A DNA stretch of 64,000 bases from Candidatus Poribacteria bacterium (GCA_965214095.1 OZ243938.1:3936001-4000000), one strand, 5' to 3'. Positions 18,952 to 29,730 are shown, counted from the first letter of the stretch. Notes: generated from the letters alone by a model not told the origin. Made by a program: numbers and translations.

Positions 18952-21264
18952 ATGAAAGATACAAATGATTATGTTTTATGGTATAACAAACCCGCTGAGC
19001 AGTGGACAGACGCATTGCCTGTAGGTAATGGACGACTCGGTGCGATGGTGTTCGGTGGCGTCCAACGTGAACGAATCCAACTTAACGAAGATACGCTATG
19101 GGATGGAGGTCCTCGCGATACGAATAATCCAAAAGCTTTGGAAGCACTTCCAAAAGTTCAACAACTACTTTTTGAAGACAAAAACGAGGAAGCAACAAAA
19201 CTGGCAGGTGAAACGATGTTAGGTGTTCCACACCGAATCAAGTCCTATCAGTCTTTGGGAGACATCATCCTTGAGTTTTCACATGATGGTGATATGTCGG
19301 ACTATCGCAGAGAACTTGATTTGGACACAGGTATTGCCAAAACCACATATAATATCGGAGATACCAGCTTCAGCAGAGAAGTATTTTCAACTGCAATTGA
19401 CAATCTCATCGTCATACATATCACATGTGATACATCAGAGAATATAGTTTTTGACGCAACGATGACACGTGAACAAGACGTTACCGTTGAAGCCATCTCA
19501 GATAATCTACTGAGATTGAATGGACAGTGCGGTGATGAAGGAATGCGGTTTTCTGCATATCTGCAAGTTCTGGCACATAGTGGTGATATTGAGTCGGATG
19601 GAGACCGAATCTCTGTGAAGAATGCAAGTGATGTGACTTTACTCCTTGCTGGTGCGACAAGTTACATCAATCAGAATGATGCAAGTGGAAACCCGCATGA
19701 GTTGTGTGAAAGTTACCTTGCTGGTGTAGAAAACAAGTCTTATGATGCAATTCTATCAGAACACATTGCCGATCATCAGTCACTATTTCGACGTGTAGAT
19801 TTAAATCTTGGTACTTCCGATGCGGACAATCTACCAACTGATGAACGTTTGGCAGCGGTTAAAGAGGGAGCATCTGATCCTGGATTGGTCGCTCTATATT
19901 TCCAATATGGCAGGTATTTGCTGATGGGAAGTTCGAGACCAGGATGCTTACCAGCAAATCTGCAAGGCATCTGGAACGAACATATGCAGGCACCGTGGAA
20001 CAGTGACTTTCATACAAACATCAATCTTCAAATGAACTATTGGGTGCCGGAAATTTGCAACCTTGCGGAGTGTCATACACCACTATTTGATTTCATGGAT
20101 ACACTTGTTGAACCGGGCAATCAAACAGCGAAACGGCATTACGGTGCTGAGGGATGGGTAGTACATCATCTCACCGATGTTTGGGGGTTCACTACGCCTG
20201 CTGATGGTATCTGGGGTATATCACCTATCGGTTCTGCATGGTTGAGTGAGCATGTGTGGGAACACTATCTTTTCGGTGGTGATGTGGAATTCCTGAAAAA
20301 ACAGGCATATCCTTTGATGAAAGGTGCTGCACGTTTTATGCTTGATTTCCTAATTGAGGCACCAGAAGGAACACCGATTGCTGGGAAATTGGTTACGAAT
20401 CCATCTCACTCTCCCGAAAACAGTTTTCTGAAACCAGACGGCACACGTTCACTTTTCACCTATGCAGCAACGATTGATTTGGAGATTATTCATGAACTCT
20501 TTACAAACTGTATTGCTTGTATAGATGTGCTCGGTGAAGATGCTGACTTACGTGAAGAATTAGTTTCTGCACTTGATCGTCTTGCACCACTTCAAATAAG
20601 TGAGAAAACGGGTAGACTACAAGAATGGATATACGATTATGACGAACCAGAACCCGGTCATCGGCACATGTCGCACATGTATGGATTACATCCGAGTTGT
20701 CAGATAACACTGCGTGGGACTCCTGAGTTGGCAGCAGCAGCAAGGAAATCGTTGGAACATCGTTTGGTGCACGGCGGTGGCGGTACAGGATGGAGTCGTG
20801 CATGGTTAGTCAACTTTTTGGCAAGACTTGAGGATGGAGAGGAAGCATTTAATCATCTCCAAACACTTCTTGCAAGATGTACTTTAACGAATCTGTTTGA
20901 TACACACCCACCATTTCAGATTGATGGCAATTTTGGTGGCACTGCTGGAATCGCAGAAATGTTGTTGCAAAGCCATACAGGTGAAGTGCATCCGCTCCCC
21001 GCGCTTCCCGAAGCATGGCGAACAGGTTATGTAAAAGGTTTGCGTGCACGTGGTGGATTTGAAGTTGATATTGAGTGGGAGGATGGAAAACTCATTCAAG
21101 CACAACTATTATCTACACTTGGCAATGATTGTTGGTTTAGAACATCTGAACAGGTAAATGTGACATGCGATGGTGAAAGAATCAAGTTCTCTCAATCAAA
21201 ACATGTTGCTAATTTTCATACAGAAGCAGGAAAAACTTACACGATAATACCGACTGAAAGTTAA
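18952..21264 (+). CDS. Glycoside hydrolase family 95 (alpha-1,2-L-fucosidase-like)
   Basis: [56 protein letters not shown]. Confidence 0.92.
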   Translation: MKDTNDYVLWYNKPAEQWTDALPVGNGRLGAMVFGGVQRERIQLNEDTLWDGGPRDTNNPKALEALPKVQQLLFEDKNEEATKLAGETMLGVPHRIKSYQSLGDIILEFSHDGDMSDYRRELDLDTGIAKTTYNIGDTSFSREVFSTAIDNLIVIHITCDTSENIVFDATMTREQDVTVEAISDNLLRLNGQCGDEGMRFSAYLQVLAHSGDIESDGDRISVKNASDVTLLLAGATSYINQNDASGNPHELCESYLAGVENKSYDAILSEHIADHQSLFRRVDLNLGTSDADNLPTDERLAAVKEGASDPGLVALYFQYGRYLLMGSSRPGCLPANLQGIWNEHMQAPWNSDFHTNINLQMNYWVPEICNLAECHTPLFDFMDTLVEPGNQTAKRHYGAEGWVVHHLTDVWGFTTPADGIWGISPIGSAWLSEHVWEHYLFGGDVEFLKKQAYPLMKGAARFMLDFLIEAPEGTPIAGKLVTNPSHSPENSFLKPDGTRSLFTYAATIDLEIIHELFTNCIACIDVLGEDADLREELVSALDRLAPLQISEKTGRLQEWIYDYDEPEPGHRHMSHMYGLHPSCQITLRGTPELAAAARKSLEHRLVHGGGGTGWSRAWLVNFLARLEDGEEAFNHLQTLLARCTLTNLFDTHPPFQIDGNFGGTAGIAEMLLQSHTGEVHPLPALPEAWRTGYVKGLRARGGFEVDIEWEDGKLIQAQLLSTLGNDCWFRTSEQVNVTCDGERIKFSQSKHVANFHTEAGKTYTIIPTES

Positions 21265-21273
21265 CACCTTAGG

Positions 21274-21493
21274 CGGTAGATGCGGTTTCTGAACCACACC
21301 TTATGCGTCAATTTAGTGTCCTTCCAGGTCTGGTAGGTTCGGTTTCCTAACCGAACCGGATCCTACGCGAAAACTTTATATGAACGGGATCGGCACAAAG
21401 CCGGTTCGGTTAGGAAACCGAACCTACCGTCTTGGGTAATAATGCGTGATTTCCCCTAAATTGATGCCTATGGTTCGGTAACCACACCTACCG
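21274..21493. repeat. Three-level nest: REP pair > MITE-like element (21302-21471) > REP pair (21332-21430)
   Basis: TATGCGTCAATTTAG / CTAAATTGATGCCTAT TIR; inner GGTAGGTTCGGTTTCCTAACCGAACCGG plus its reverse complement. Confidence 0.7.
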
Positions 21494-21562
21494 TCTTTGG
21501 CATTTAGTAGTAGTTGGGAAAAACATAAAACCGAATAAATCTGATCGCACTTAACTTAGTTA

Positions 21563-21591
21563 TTGACAATGCTCAATATTCCTGCTAAAAT
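21563..21591 (+). promoter_or_regulatory. sigma70-type promoter of the LamG gene
   Basis: TTGACA-17nt-TAAAAT with TGn extended -10, followed by an AGGAG RBS. Confidence 0.65.
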
Positions 21592-21623
21592 AACGCAATT
21601 AATATAAAGAGGAGATACTATAA

Positions 21624-22403
21624 ATGATAAGAAGAATGTTATTGTTAGGTCTTTCAGCACTGTTAGTTTTTGCTGGAAGTTTCACTCACGCGGTTGAGGA
21701 AAATGATATTCTTGTTTACTATTCATTTGACAAACTTGATGGAAAAACTTTTAAAGATGACTCTGGAAATGGGAACGATGCGGAATTAGTTGGTAATGGC
21801 AAACTGGTTGATGGTCAATTTGGTGAAGCAATCCATTTGAATGGTGGTGTTGTCGTACTAAGTCCGGCTAACGACTTTGTCGTTCCAATCGGTGAAAATG
21901 GTGAAGTTACATTGGAAGCATGGGTATACATCAACAATAGCACAAGTCATAGCGGTATCATATCAATTGAAACCATAGATGCTGGATGTTGTGTGTTCCG
22001 ATTGATGCTGTCGCCAACCCTTAACCCATTTTGGGATGCCGGTCAACATCAGGATAAAAGTCTGGCTAACTTCACATTTGAACTGAAGAAATGGTATCAC
22101 TATGTTTTAGTTGCTAATGGAGAAGATGGCAAAATATACATAGATGGCGAACTTATTGGATCACACGATGAAAACATCGAATTTCCGAAGTGGAAAGAAG
22201 CAGAAATATTTGTTGGTGCTGGTGAAGGTCCAAATACCCATCCTATTGAAGATGCGATTATTGATGAAGTTGTTATCTATTCAAAAGCATTGTCAGAGGA
22301 AGAGGTGAAAGCCTCTATGGAACTTGGCGTTGCTGGTGTTCTTGCTGTTGAAGCTAAAGACAAATTAGCGGTTACTTGGGGACAATTGAAATCAACTTAT
22401 TAG
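21624..22403 (+). CDS. Secreted LamG/concanavalin A-like domain protein with Poribacteria-type C-terminal tag
   Basis: Signal peptide, YYSFD...DDSGNGND, KWYHYV, KIYIDG, IIDEVVIYSKALS, C-terminal AVEAKDKLAVTWGQLK. Confidence 0.85.
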   Translation: MIRRMLLLGLSALLVFAGSFTHAVEENDILVYYSFDKLDGKTFKDDSGNGNDAELVGNGKLVDGQFGEAIHLNGGVVVLSPANDFVVPIGENGEVTLEAWVYINNSTSHSGIISIETIDAGCCVFRLMLSPTLNPFWDAGQHQDKSLANFTFELKKWYHYVLVANGEDGKIYIDGELIGSHDENIEFPKWKEAEIFVGAGEGPNTHPIEDAIIDEVVIYSKALSEEEVKASMELGVAGVLAVEAKDKLAVTWGQLKSTY

Positions 22404-22482
22404 GATGTTCATATTCCTGTAATTGGAAGTATCATACACATTTCTTTTCTTTTTAGGTGTAAACTATAACAAGGAGAATCGT

Positions 22483-24120
22483 GTGATTTGCAGGCAACAG
22501 TATTTTACAGTTTTACTACTTGTCTTGATTTCGTTCTGGATTGGAAACAGTGTCGCAGCAGATTCAACTGCTACTGGTACTGTTTTTCTGGATTCGAATA
22601 GAAATCAAGTAATGGACGATAATGAGAAAGGATTATCTGGTGTTCGTGTGTCTAATGGACATGATGTTGTCCAAACCGATGCCAACGGCAAATACTCCCT
22701 CTCAGTCAGTGATGACACTATCCTTTTTGTCATTAAACCTCGTGGTTATATGACATCAGTTGATAAGAACCAACTACCGAAGTTTTATTACATACACAAA
22801 CCACACGGTTCACCAGATGGATTAAAGTATGCCGGTGTCGCTCCAACTGGACCGTTACCGGAGTCGGTTGATTTTCCCCTCACTGAACAGTCCGAACCTG
22901 ACACCTTCAAGGCACTCGTCTTCGGGGATACACAACCCACTAATATGCAAGAGATTATGTGGTTGGCTCATGATGTGGTTGAAGAAGTTATAGGTACTGA
23001 TGCAGTGTTCGGAATTAGTCTGGGTGATTTGGTAGGTGATGATCTAAACTTGTTCAATCCCCTTAACGAGGTGATGGCTACTGTAGGGATACCGTGGTAC
23101 AACGTCTATGGTAACCATGATATGAACCGTCTTGCTAAAGTTGACCAATTTGCCGATGAAACTTTCGAACGCGTATTCGGTCCCACCACCTATTCCTACG
23201 ATTGGGGACCAGTCCATTTCATCATAATCGACAATGTACATTGGTCCCGTGATAAGGATAATAAAGTTGTCTACTTCAGTGAGGTGGGAGAGCAGCAGTT
23301 GGCTTTTGTCCGAAATGATCTTGCTTTTGTGCCGAAAGATCAACTTGTTGTGATATCCATGCATATTCCATTGACTGAGATGCGTGATGTACAGAAACTG
23401 ATGAATCTTCTCGGTGACCGTCCCCATACATTGTCCTTGTCTGCACACACACATGTACAACATGATGACTTCATTGGACCTGAGCACGGTTGGCATGGCG
23501 ATGACGCACATCATCATCACAATCATGCAACCACATCAGGCAGCTGGTGGCAAGGTACGTTTGATGAAGTTGGAATTCCTCACACAACGATGCGAGATGG
23601 TGCACCTAACGGATATGGCATCTTCACATTCGATGGAAATCAATATACAATCCGATTTAAGGCTGCACGTCGTCCCGCTGATTACCAAATGAATATATGG
23701 GCACCATGGGAAGTAGCATCATCGGAAACTGGCAAAACGGATGTATTGGTTAACATCTTTGGTGGCACCAAACGTTCAAAGGTTGAAATCCGTCTGGGTG
23801 AAAATGGGAAATGGAAGCCGATGACCTATACGCCTCAGAAAGACCCATACTTTCAAGCACTCAAAGAACGGGACGAAGCATACCACCTTGAACGGCAAAT
23901 GCATACTGAAATTCGGGCAAAAATGAAGGAAATGTTGAAGGAAGACAACCAACTGCCACAAAGAGGGAAGCGACTTGTTTACGGTGTTCCAAAGTCAACG
24001 CACATCTGGCAATCGAAACTACCTGCAAATATACCAATAGGAACACACGTTATCAACATCCGTACAACTGATATGTTTGATCAAACTTTCATAGGCAAAC
24101 GAATCATCCGAGTACGTTAA
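22483..24120 (+). CDS. Secreted calcineurin-like metallophosphoesterase (MetallophosN/C flanked)
   Basis: FGDTQ, LGDLV, GNHD, HIP, AHTH, DGAPNGY; GTG start after AAGGAG. Confidence 0.85.
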   Translation: MICRQQYFTVLLLVLISFWIGNSVAADSTATGTVFLDSNRNQVMDDNEKGLSGVRVSNGHDVVQTDANGKYSLSVSDDTILFVIKPRGYMTSVDKNQLPKFYYIHKPHGSPDGLKYAGVAPTGPLPESVDFPLTEQSEPDTFKALVFGDTQPTNMQEIMWLAHDVVEEVIGTDAVFGISLGDLVGDDLNLFNPLNEVMATVGIPWYNVYGNHDMNRLAKVDQFADETFERVFGPTTYSYDWGPVHFIIIDNVHWSRDKDNKVVYFSEVGEQQLAFVRNDLAFVPKDQLVVISMHIPLTEMRDVQKLMNLLGDRPHTLSLSAHTHVQHDDFIGPEHGWHGDDAHHHHNHATTSGSWWQGTFDEVGIPHTTMRDGAPNGYGIFTFDGNQYTIRFKAARRPADYQMNIWAPWEVASSETGKTDVLVNIFGGTKRSKVEIRLGENGKWKPMTYTPQKDPYFQALKERDEAYHLERQMHTEIRAKMKEMLKEDNQLPQRGKRLVYGVPKSTHIWQSKLPANIPIGTHVINIRTTDMFDQTFIGKRIIRVR

Positions 24121-24171
24121 TTGAATATCGGTTTTCAATTAGGATTATAGACTGACAACACAAGATATTGG

Positions 24172-24387
24172 TTGTTAACCTGTTTAAGTACCCCTGACTC
24201 CTACGATATGAAGGAATGGTCTCATGTTGTTGGAGCCTATTTAATGGTTATTAGTTTCGGTCTCCTTAATGCCAGGAACGATTGGTGGTGGGCTATAGAT
24301 AACATCAAACTCATAAGCACTGCATTTGAGGTAGAACCGAGAGGAAAATTAGCAGTTATATGGGCAGACATAAAAACCACACAATAG
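24172..24387 (+). pseudogene. Remnant of a LamG-type secreted protein gene (C-terminal tag only)
   Basis: EWSHVVGAY, NDWWWAIDNIK and VEPRGKLAVIWADIK, with no signal peptide or complete domain. Confidence 0.55.
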
Positions 24388-24443
24388 CCTTTTTGGCTAC
24401 ATTCAGAGCTGCTCAATACTGACTAAAATTCGGATAGAATATC

Positions 24444-24580
24444 TTATAAAGAAATGTAAAAATACGTGCCACTCCCGGTAGATGTGGTTTCCTAACCGCA
24501 TCTATGTGACTGAACAAACACCGGTTCGGTTAAGAAACCGACCCTACCGTCGTGTGTAAATAATTATGGTTTTACTATAG
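24444..24580. mobile_element. ~140-bp MITE/REPIN-like element, family B, copy 1
   Basis: Same sequence as 54420-54560 and the reverse complement of 35589-35729; two inverted GGTAG hairpins; ...TTTTACTATAG end. Confidence 0.75.
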
Positions 24581-24657
24581 TATGATTCACAATAGAACCC
24601 TTGTGGAGACTTCGATTTATGAGAACTGGATTTTTTTCGAGAATGTTTGAAGGTGTA

Positions 24658-25059
24658 ATGAGCATAGAAAAGACTTACAACCAATGTGATAAAGCATTGG
24701 GTGCTTTGCGTGCCTACAACGAAAAACGTCGTCAAGAGAATGTACCGTTTTCCGCTACAGAAAAGGCTGAACTTGATAATGTTGTTAGTATTGCTATTGA
24801 AAACGCAACGAAGATTGTTGACAAAGAAGGTGAACGCAATTGGCCTGGCGTATTTCGTGAGATGCACAAAAACTTGGCGAACATCTATTTGGAACTTGAA
24901 GAATATGATAGGGTTCGTGAAGAATGTGAACTGCTGCAAAACTACGGTGAGGTAGGTAAGTTAGATGCAGAGGAGGTCATAAAGAGTCTCAACGAAAGAG
25001 AAAATGGAGATACATCACCTGCTCCTTCAGGACCTCCAGCAGAAGAATCCAACTCATAG
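24658..25059 (+). CDS. Hypothetical protein (TPR-like helical segment)
   Basis: HKNLANIYLELEEYD resembles a TPR helix; start chosen after GAAGGTG. Confidence 0.65.
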   Translation: MSIEKTYNQCDKALGALRAYNEKRRQENVPFSATEKAELDNVVSIAIENATKIVDKEGERNWPGVFREMHKNLANIYLELEEYDRVREECELLQNYGEVGKLDAEEVIKSLNERENGDTSPAPSGPPAEESNS

Positions 25060-25148
25060 CAAGTCTCTATAACAAGGTGAAAAGTTTTGGAATATCAAAA
25101 AACGGGGAATCCCCGAACCTGAACAACTTTCATTATTATAGGTGAATT

Positions 25149-25346
25149 ATGCCTACATTTTTGTTAATCATTGTTTTCTTATTTTTGGTGTGGTCATTAA
25201 AAGGTATACTTGTTAAAGCAGCGAATGGGTCACTTAAAGGAAAGACAAATTTTTCGTTTTGGTTCTTTAGTACCCTACATGTATTGCTTTATCTAATACC
25301 CACTCTTTATGTATCCTGGTTATTGTATAAAAGGATATTGGAGTGA
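25149..25346 (+). CDS. Small two-TM membrane protein
   Basis: AGGTGA RBS; two hydrophobic segments. Confidence 0.55.
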   Translation: MPTFLLIIVFLFLVWSLKGILVKAANGSLKGKTNFSFWFFSTLHVLLYLIPTLYVSWLLYKRILE

Positions 25347-25557
25347 ACCATGAATACTTATCAAAACTTTCAACATTATAGTGATGGAAAACCTTTTGAG
25401 GAGAAACCCGTGCGTAGATTGTTTTTTCATGAATAGCAATGTAAATCGTAATTTCTGATTCTATTAACTAACGAAAATAAAAATGAGTATAACATCGGAA
25501 CATTATGCTATACCATCCTTGCAAATGTTCCAAACCTATTCGTCCTAATGTTGAAAA

Positions 25558-27450
25558 ATGGCATTTTTGAATCCTATTGCGTTTTATTTATTAGGTGCTA
25601 TACCTATAGTCATTGCCTTGCACTTTCTGAAACTGCGACGTAAACGTTATGTTGTGTCCAGTATAATGCTATGGCGTGAAAGTGCAGAAGATCAGAAAGC
25701 AAATATTCCATTTCAACGTCTCCGAAATCTTCTACTTCCAATACTCCAGTGTATATTTCTACTCCTAATAGTCGTCAGCGTGGCGCGACCTGCGTTGCGT
25801 GTCCCCGGTATCATTGATGGAAAAATCATCTTTATTGTTGACAATTCTGCAAGTATGCAATCAAAAGAGATGGGAGAGACCCGCTTGACACTTGCTAAAC
25901 AGGAAATAAAGAAACAGCTTAGACAAGTATCAGCAAGTGGTGGAATGATGATTATGACCACGCATTCTCCCAGACCGTATATTGAACAGACTTGGACAAC
26001 AGATAAAGATAAACTGATTCTTGCTGTGGACAATATCAATTCGACAGACATTGGTGGAGACTTCACGTCTGTCTTTGATCATGCTGGTCGTTATGTGGAT
26101 TCGCCAAAAGATCAGATAATATTCATCAGTGATTCGGTCGAAAACCTTCCTAATACATCTGTGCCTATTACCAAAATTCCTGTTGGCAATGATGCAGATA
26201 ATATTGGAATTGTAACATTCAATGTAGAGAGGATTTCCGATCAATATTATGTGCTGGCGAGTATTCAGAATTGGACAGATACAACCAGAGAAATAGACGT
26301 GCGTTTAGAATTAGCGATAGGTAGGTCTATTGATGAAAAAACTGTGTCTATTTCTGCTGGAGACGTGAGGACTGTACTCTTTTCGGTAAATGCTGAAAGG
26401 TTAGATGGTGAAGTCATTAGTCTCAACCTTGTTGATGTGGCTGACGACTTCAAGTTGGACAATAGAGTTTGGACAATTCTGAGTGCTGAGAAGCAATTTC
26501 AAATACTGCTCGTTAGTGATAGGCACCAATCATTCTTAATTAACCTACTGCGGAATTACGGAGACAATGTTGAATTGAAAACAGTTACAACAGATGAGTT
26601 TCACGGTTCAGGTGATGCGGATGTTGTTGTTTTTGATGGTGCATTGCCTTTGAGACATAGTTTGTTGAATGCGTCTACTAATACAAAGAACTATATCTTT
26701 ATTGATTGGCGGTCTGAACTACCGAGTTTGACAGATGCTCCTGTTGAAATGGACAGCGGCATTGTCAACGTTATCGGTGAAAACAAGACACATCCGATGA
26801 TGCAAGACGTGTCTCTAATTGGGATGGGTGTCAAAGAATCTATTACACGGAAACTACCTATCTGGGGTGATTCACTTCTTGAAACGGAGGCGGGGACACT
26901 AATTTGGCTTGGAACAGAATCTGGGAGACAGGTTTTGGTATTTGAATTTGATGCGTTTAATTCTGAAATCTCACCGTTTTCAACTACAATTCCAGATGGA
27001 CCGTTGTTAGTGTATCAATGCTTAAATTGGTTTGAGTCCAACACAAATCCTATCCAATCATTGACAAATCAAACCCACCTTTCTGACCAACAATTTCGTA
27101 CAGGAGAATTATTGAAAATTGGTGTTTCTCCTATGGACGACCTTGATATTCAAGTGAGAAAACCTGATGATACCTTGGTCAGATTGGAAAATACAACTTT
27201 CTCAGAAACAGACCAAATCGGTGTTTATTCTGTTTTCGTAGGAGATACCTTATTTGAACGGTTTGCTATCAACTTAGTTGATTCAGTTGAATCTACACTC
27301 TCACCGACCACTACACAATCTAACAATCAAAATGAAGAAAACGATAATGAACTGCACCTTCAACCCTTCAAACGCGAAGTATGGCAATGGCCTGTCTTAT
27401 TCGCTGTTTGCCTGTTCCTGTGTGAGTGGTGGTTCTATCACCGAAATTAA
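25558..27450 (+). CDS. BatA N-terminal + VWA domain membrane protein
   Basis: FLNP...PIVIALHFLK..., ARP, VDNSASM (MIDAS DxSxS), ISD, C-terminal TM ending EWW. Confidence 0.85.
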   Translation: MAFLNPIAFYLLGAIPIVIALHFLKLRRKRYVVSSIMLWRESAEDQKANIPFQRLRNLLLPILQCIFLLLIVVSVARPALRVPGIIDGKIIFIVDNSASMQSKEMGETRLTLAKQEIKKQLRQVSASGGMMIMTTHSPRPYIEQTWTTDKDKLILAVDNINSTDIGGDFTSVFDHAGRYVDSPKDQIIFISDSVENLPNTSVPITKIPVGNDADNIGIVTFNVERISDQYYVLASIQNWTDTTREIDVRLELAIGRSIDEKTVSISAGDVRTVLFSVNAERLDGEVISLNLVDVADDFKLDNRVWTILSAEKQFQILLVSDRHQSFLINLLRNYGDNVELKTVTTDEFHGSGDADVVVFDGALPLRHSLLNASTNTKNYIFIDWRSELPSLTDAPVEMDSGIVNVIGENKTHPMMQDVSLIGMGVKESITRKLPIWGDSLLETEAGTLIWLGTESGRQVLVFEFDAFNSEISPFSTTIPDGPLLVYQCLNWFESNTNPIQSLTNQTHLSDQQFRTGELLKIGVSPMDDLDIQVRKPDDTLVRLENTTFSETDQIGVYSVFVGDTLFERFAINLVDSVESTLSPTTTQSNNQNEENDNELHLQPFKREVWQWPVLFAVCLFLCEWWFYHRN

Positions 27451-28023
27451 TCCTACAAGAATCCGTTCAACTAATCTCTCCTTTGACATTGCTCCTAAGA
27501 TGGTGGTAACTACTTTTCCATCATAGAACAGTTTGTATGTCGGTGTGCCACGGATGCCGTATTCTGCTGTTATTACAGGATTTTCCTTCACTTCTAATTT
27601 TGCAACTGCGAAAACATCACGATATTCTAACGCAATTTCAGAAACCACCGGTTTCATTAGAATACAGTATGGTCATGTGTCAGATTTGAAATCAACCAAG
27701 ATGGGAAGTTTCGCATTACTAATCACTTTATCAAAAGTCTCATCAGATAATATGAGTGGTATACCAGAATACTTTCCAAAATGATTGGCTATCAGTGTAA
27801 GATCAAGAATGTTAACTGTGCCGTCACCGTTTAGATCTGGATTGGGCGATAGATCATCATCTGGCATTTCATCAAAGTGTTTTGCTACCCACACTAAATC
27901 AAGGATGTTTATCACACCATCCGCATTAACATCGGATACGAGTTGACTGTCAAAATCAACTTCTTGCGCAGACACTACTGATAACAGACTTACAACAAGA
28001 AATAGAGAGAGAAATTGTTTCAT
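27397..28023 (-). CDS. Predicted selenoprotein: signal peptide + dockerin-like EF-hand pair + thioredoxin with UPYC (in-frame TGA at 27675-27673), 208 aa
   Basis: ORFs 27673-28023 and 27397-27657 are in one frame: ...PILVDFKSDT-TGA-PYCILMKPVV...YGIRGTPT. The TGA is at the first Cys position of the Trx CxxC motif. Confidence 0.85.
27641..27655 (-). promoter_or_regulatory. Putative bacterial SECIS hairpin
   Basis: mRNA GAAACC-GGU-GGUUUC begins 17 nt after the UGA and has a G-containing apical loop. Confidence 0.6.
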
Positions 28024-28034
28024 TCAAATTATCC

Positions 28035-29399
28035 TTATAGGAGCATTAAATATGGGTTCTGAATATATTGTGACACGGTTTGTAGAAATTGGGCAGCCGG
28101 TGCTCCATCTACAACTCGGTGGTCAAACGTGAGACTTAGTGACAGCATGTGACGGATAGCGATTTCATCGTTGTGGACAATCGGTTTCTTGATAATCCTG
28201 CCTACACCGAGGATGCCACTTTCTGGCGGGTTGATGATGGGGGTAAATGCATCAACGCCATAGTTGCCGAGATTTGTTATTGTAAAAGTGCTACCTTGTA
28301 GTTCGCTCGGAGTAAGTTGGTTGTTCCGTGCTTTTTCTGCTAAAGTCTTTATCTGTTCTGATATATCGGATAAACCGATCCTATCTGCATTGCGAACAAC
28401 AGGCACTACCAGTCCATCTTCTAATGCAACTGCAACCCCGATATTGATATCTGCTTGTAACTGAATACCTGCATCTGTTAGTGTTGCATTAAGTCGTGGG
28501 TGTTCACCAAGGGAATTAGCAACTATCTTGACAAGTAGGTCGGTATAAGTAAGGCTTTTCTCTATTTTCTGTAGTTCTTCGTTGAACAGATCGCGTAGTT
28601 CCACAAGGCTTGTCGCGTCAACTTCGGTATGAAGTGTCACACTTGCATTGGTTTGAAGACTCATTGTCATACGTTCAGCGATGATTTTCCGTATGCCGCT
28701 GAGTTCAATAACTTTTGAAGCTGCGGGTGTTGGTCGGAAAACGTGTTCTGGTATCTCATCAACTGTTTGCATCACGTCATCACGGACAATTCTACCATCG
28801 GGACCGGAACCTGCAATGGATGTCAAATCAAGGCCAAATTCCTTTGCTAATCTCCGTGCCAGTGGAGAGGCTTTTAGCCGTGTGGATTCAGGTGTAGTAG
28901 GTTCTCGCGTTTCAATATAACGATGAACATCACTTTCAAGAATGCGTCCTCCAGGACCAGAGGCTTTGATTTGTGTTAAGTCAATAGAGAGTTTGTCAGC
29001 AAGTTCTTTCGCGGCAGGGGATGCTTTTATAGGTGACGATGGAGACGTAGAAACAGTTTTCGGTTTTGAGGGTGTTGAAGGTTTTTTGGTAGTCTGTTTT
29101 GACTCCTCTGTCTGCTGTGGGATTTCCATTGTATCAGCTTCAACGCGTTCTACTTCCTCACCCGGATCGGCAATTATGGCCAACAATGCGTTGACAGGGA
29201 CATCACTACCTTCTTCCGGAAGTATTTGTGCAATAATGCCGTTTGCAGGGGATTCTTGTTCATGCACTACTTTATCCGTTTCGATTTCTAACAAAGGTTG
29301 TCCCTCAGTCACGGTATCACCTTCCTGAACAAGCCATTTCCCGATCTTACCCTTTGTCATTGTCTGATCCATTTGGAGCATTCTCAGTTCTACTGCCAT
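28035..29399 (-). CDS. 2-oxoacid/acetoin dehydrogenase E2 (dihydrolipoamide acyltransferase) with two peripheral-subunit-binding domains
   Basis: Lipoyl ETDKV; ASPAAKELA and ASPLARRLA; TFDHRVVDG. Confidence 0.92.
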   Translation of the reverse strand: MAVELRMLQMDQTMTKGKIGKWLVQEGDTVTEGQPLLEIETDKVVHEQESPANGIIAQILPEEGSDVPVNALLAIIADPGEEVERVEADTMEIPQQTEESKQTTKKPSTPSKPKTVSTSPSSPIKASPAAKELADKLSIDLTQIKASGPGGRILESDVHRYIETREPTTPESTRLKASPLARRLAKEFGLDLTSIAGSGPDGRIVRDDVMQTVDEIPEHVFRPTPAASKVIELSGIRKIIAERMTMSLQTNASVTLHTEVDATSLVELRDLFNEELQKIEKSLTYTDLLVKIVANSLGEHPRLNATLTDAGIQLQADINIGVAVALEDGLVVPVVRNADRIGLSDISEQIKTLAEKARNNQLTPSELQGSTFTITNLGNYGVDAFTPIINPPESGILGVGRIIKKPIVHNDEIAIRHMLSLSLTFDHRVVDGAPAAQFLQTVSQYIQNPYLMLL

Positions 29400-29427
29400 C
29401 AAGTTTCTCCTATCTTCTTACCATAGT

Positions 29428-29727
29428 TCATCCTTCGGATTGTTCTATCAATTGTAATAGTAATTCCACGTTTTCATCTTTTTCCAGTATGAGTGCGATT
29501 TTGTGGTATCGGTCACCTTTAAAAAAAGCCTGCACAAATGGACTGAAGGCAATCAATAATTGCGATCCCAAAAAGTTCAGTGGTTTGCCAGTTTCAAGAA
29601 ATAGAATCGCAGGTGTCGTTAGATTGCGTCGGACAATCCATTGTGCAAGTCTTTCAAGTAAGACATGTTGTTCATCTTCAGGTATATCGTCAAGCACAAT
29701 TGGTATTTCTGGGTTTGGGTTGAGCAT
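29428..29727 (-). CDS. Conserved hypothetical protein
   Basis: PAILFLETGKPLNFLGSQ; co-oriented in the operon. Confidence 0.75.
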   Translation of the reverse strand: MLNPNPEIPIVLDDIPEDEQHVLLERLAQWIVRRNLTTPAILFLETGKPLNFLGSQLLIAFSPFVQAFFKGDRYHKIALILEKDENVELLLQLIEQSEG

Positions 29728-29730
29728 AAT

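Noticed and set aside
27673-28023. Separate dockerin protein plus truncated thioredoxin, or a pseudogene
   Set aside because: The two parts are in frame, the TGA sits at the catalytic Cys position and a SECIS-like hairpin follows, so Sec readthrough is the simpler explanation.
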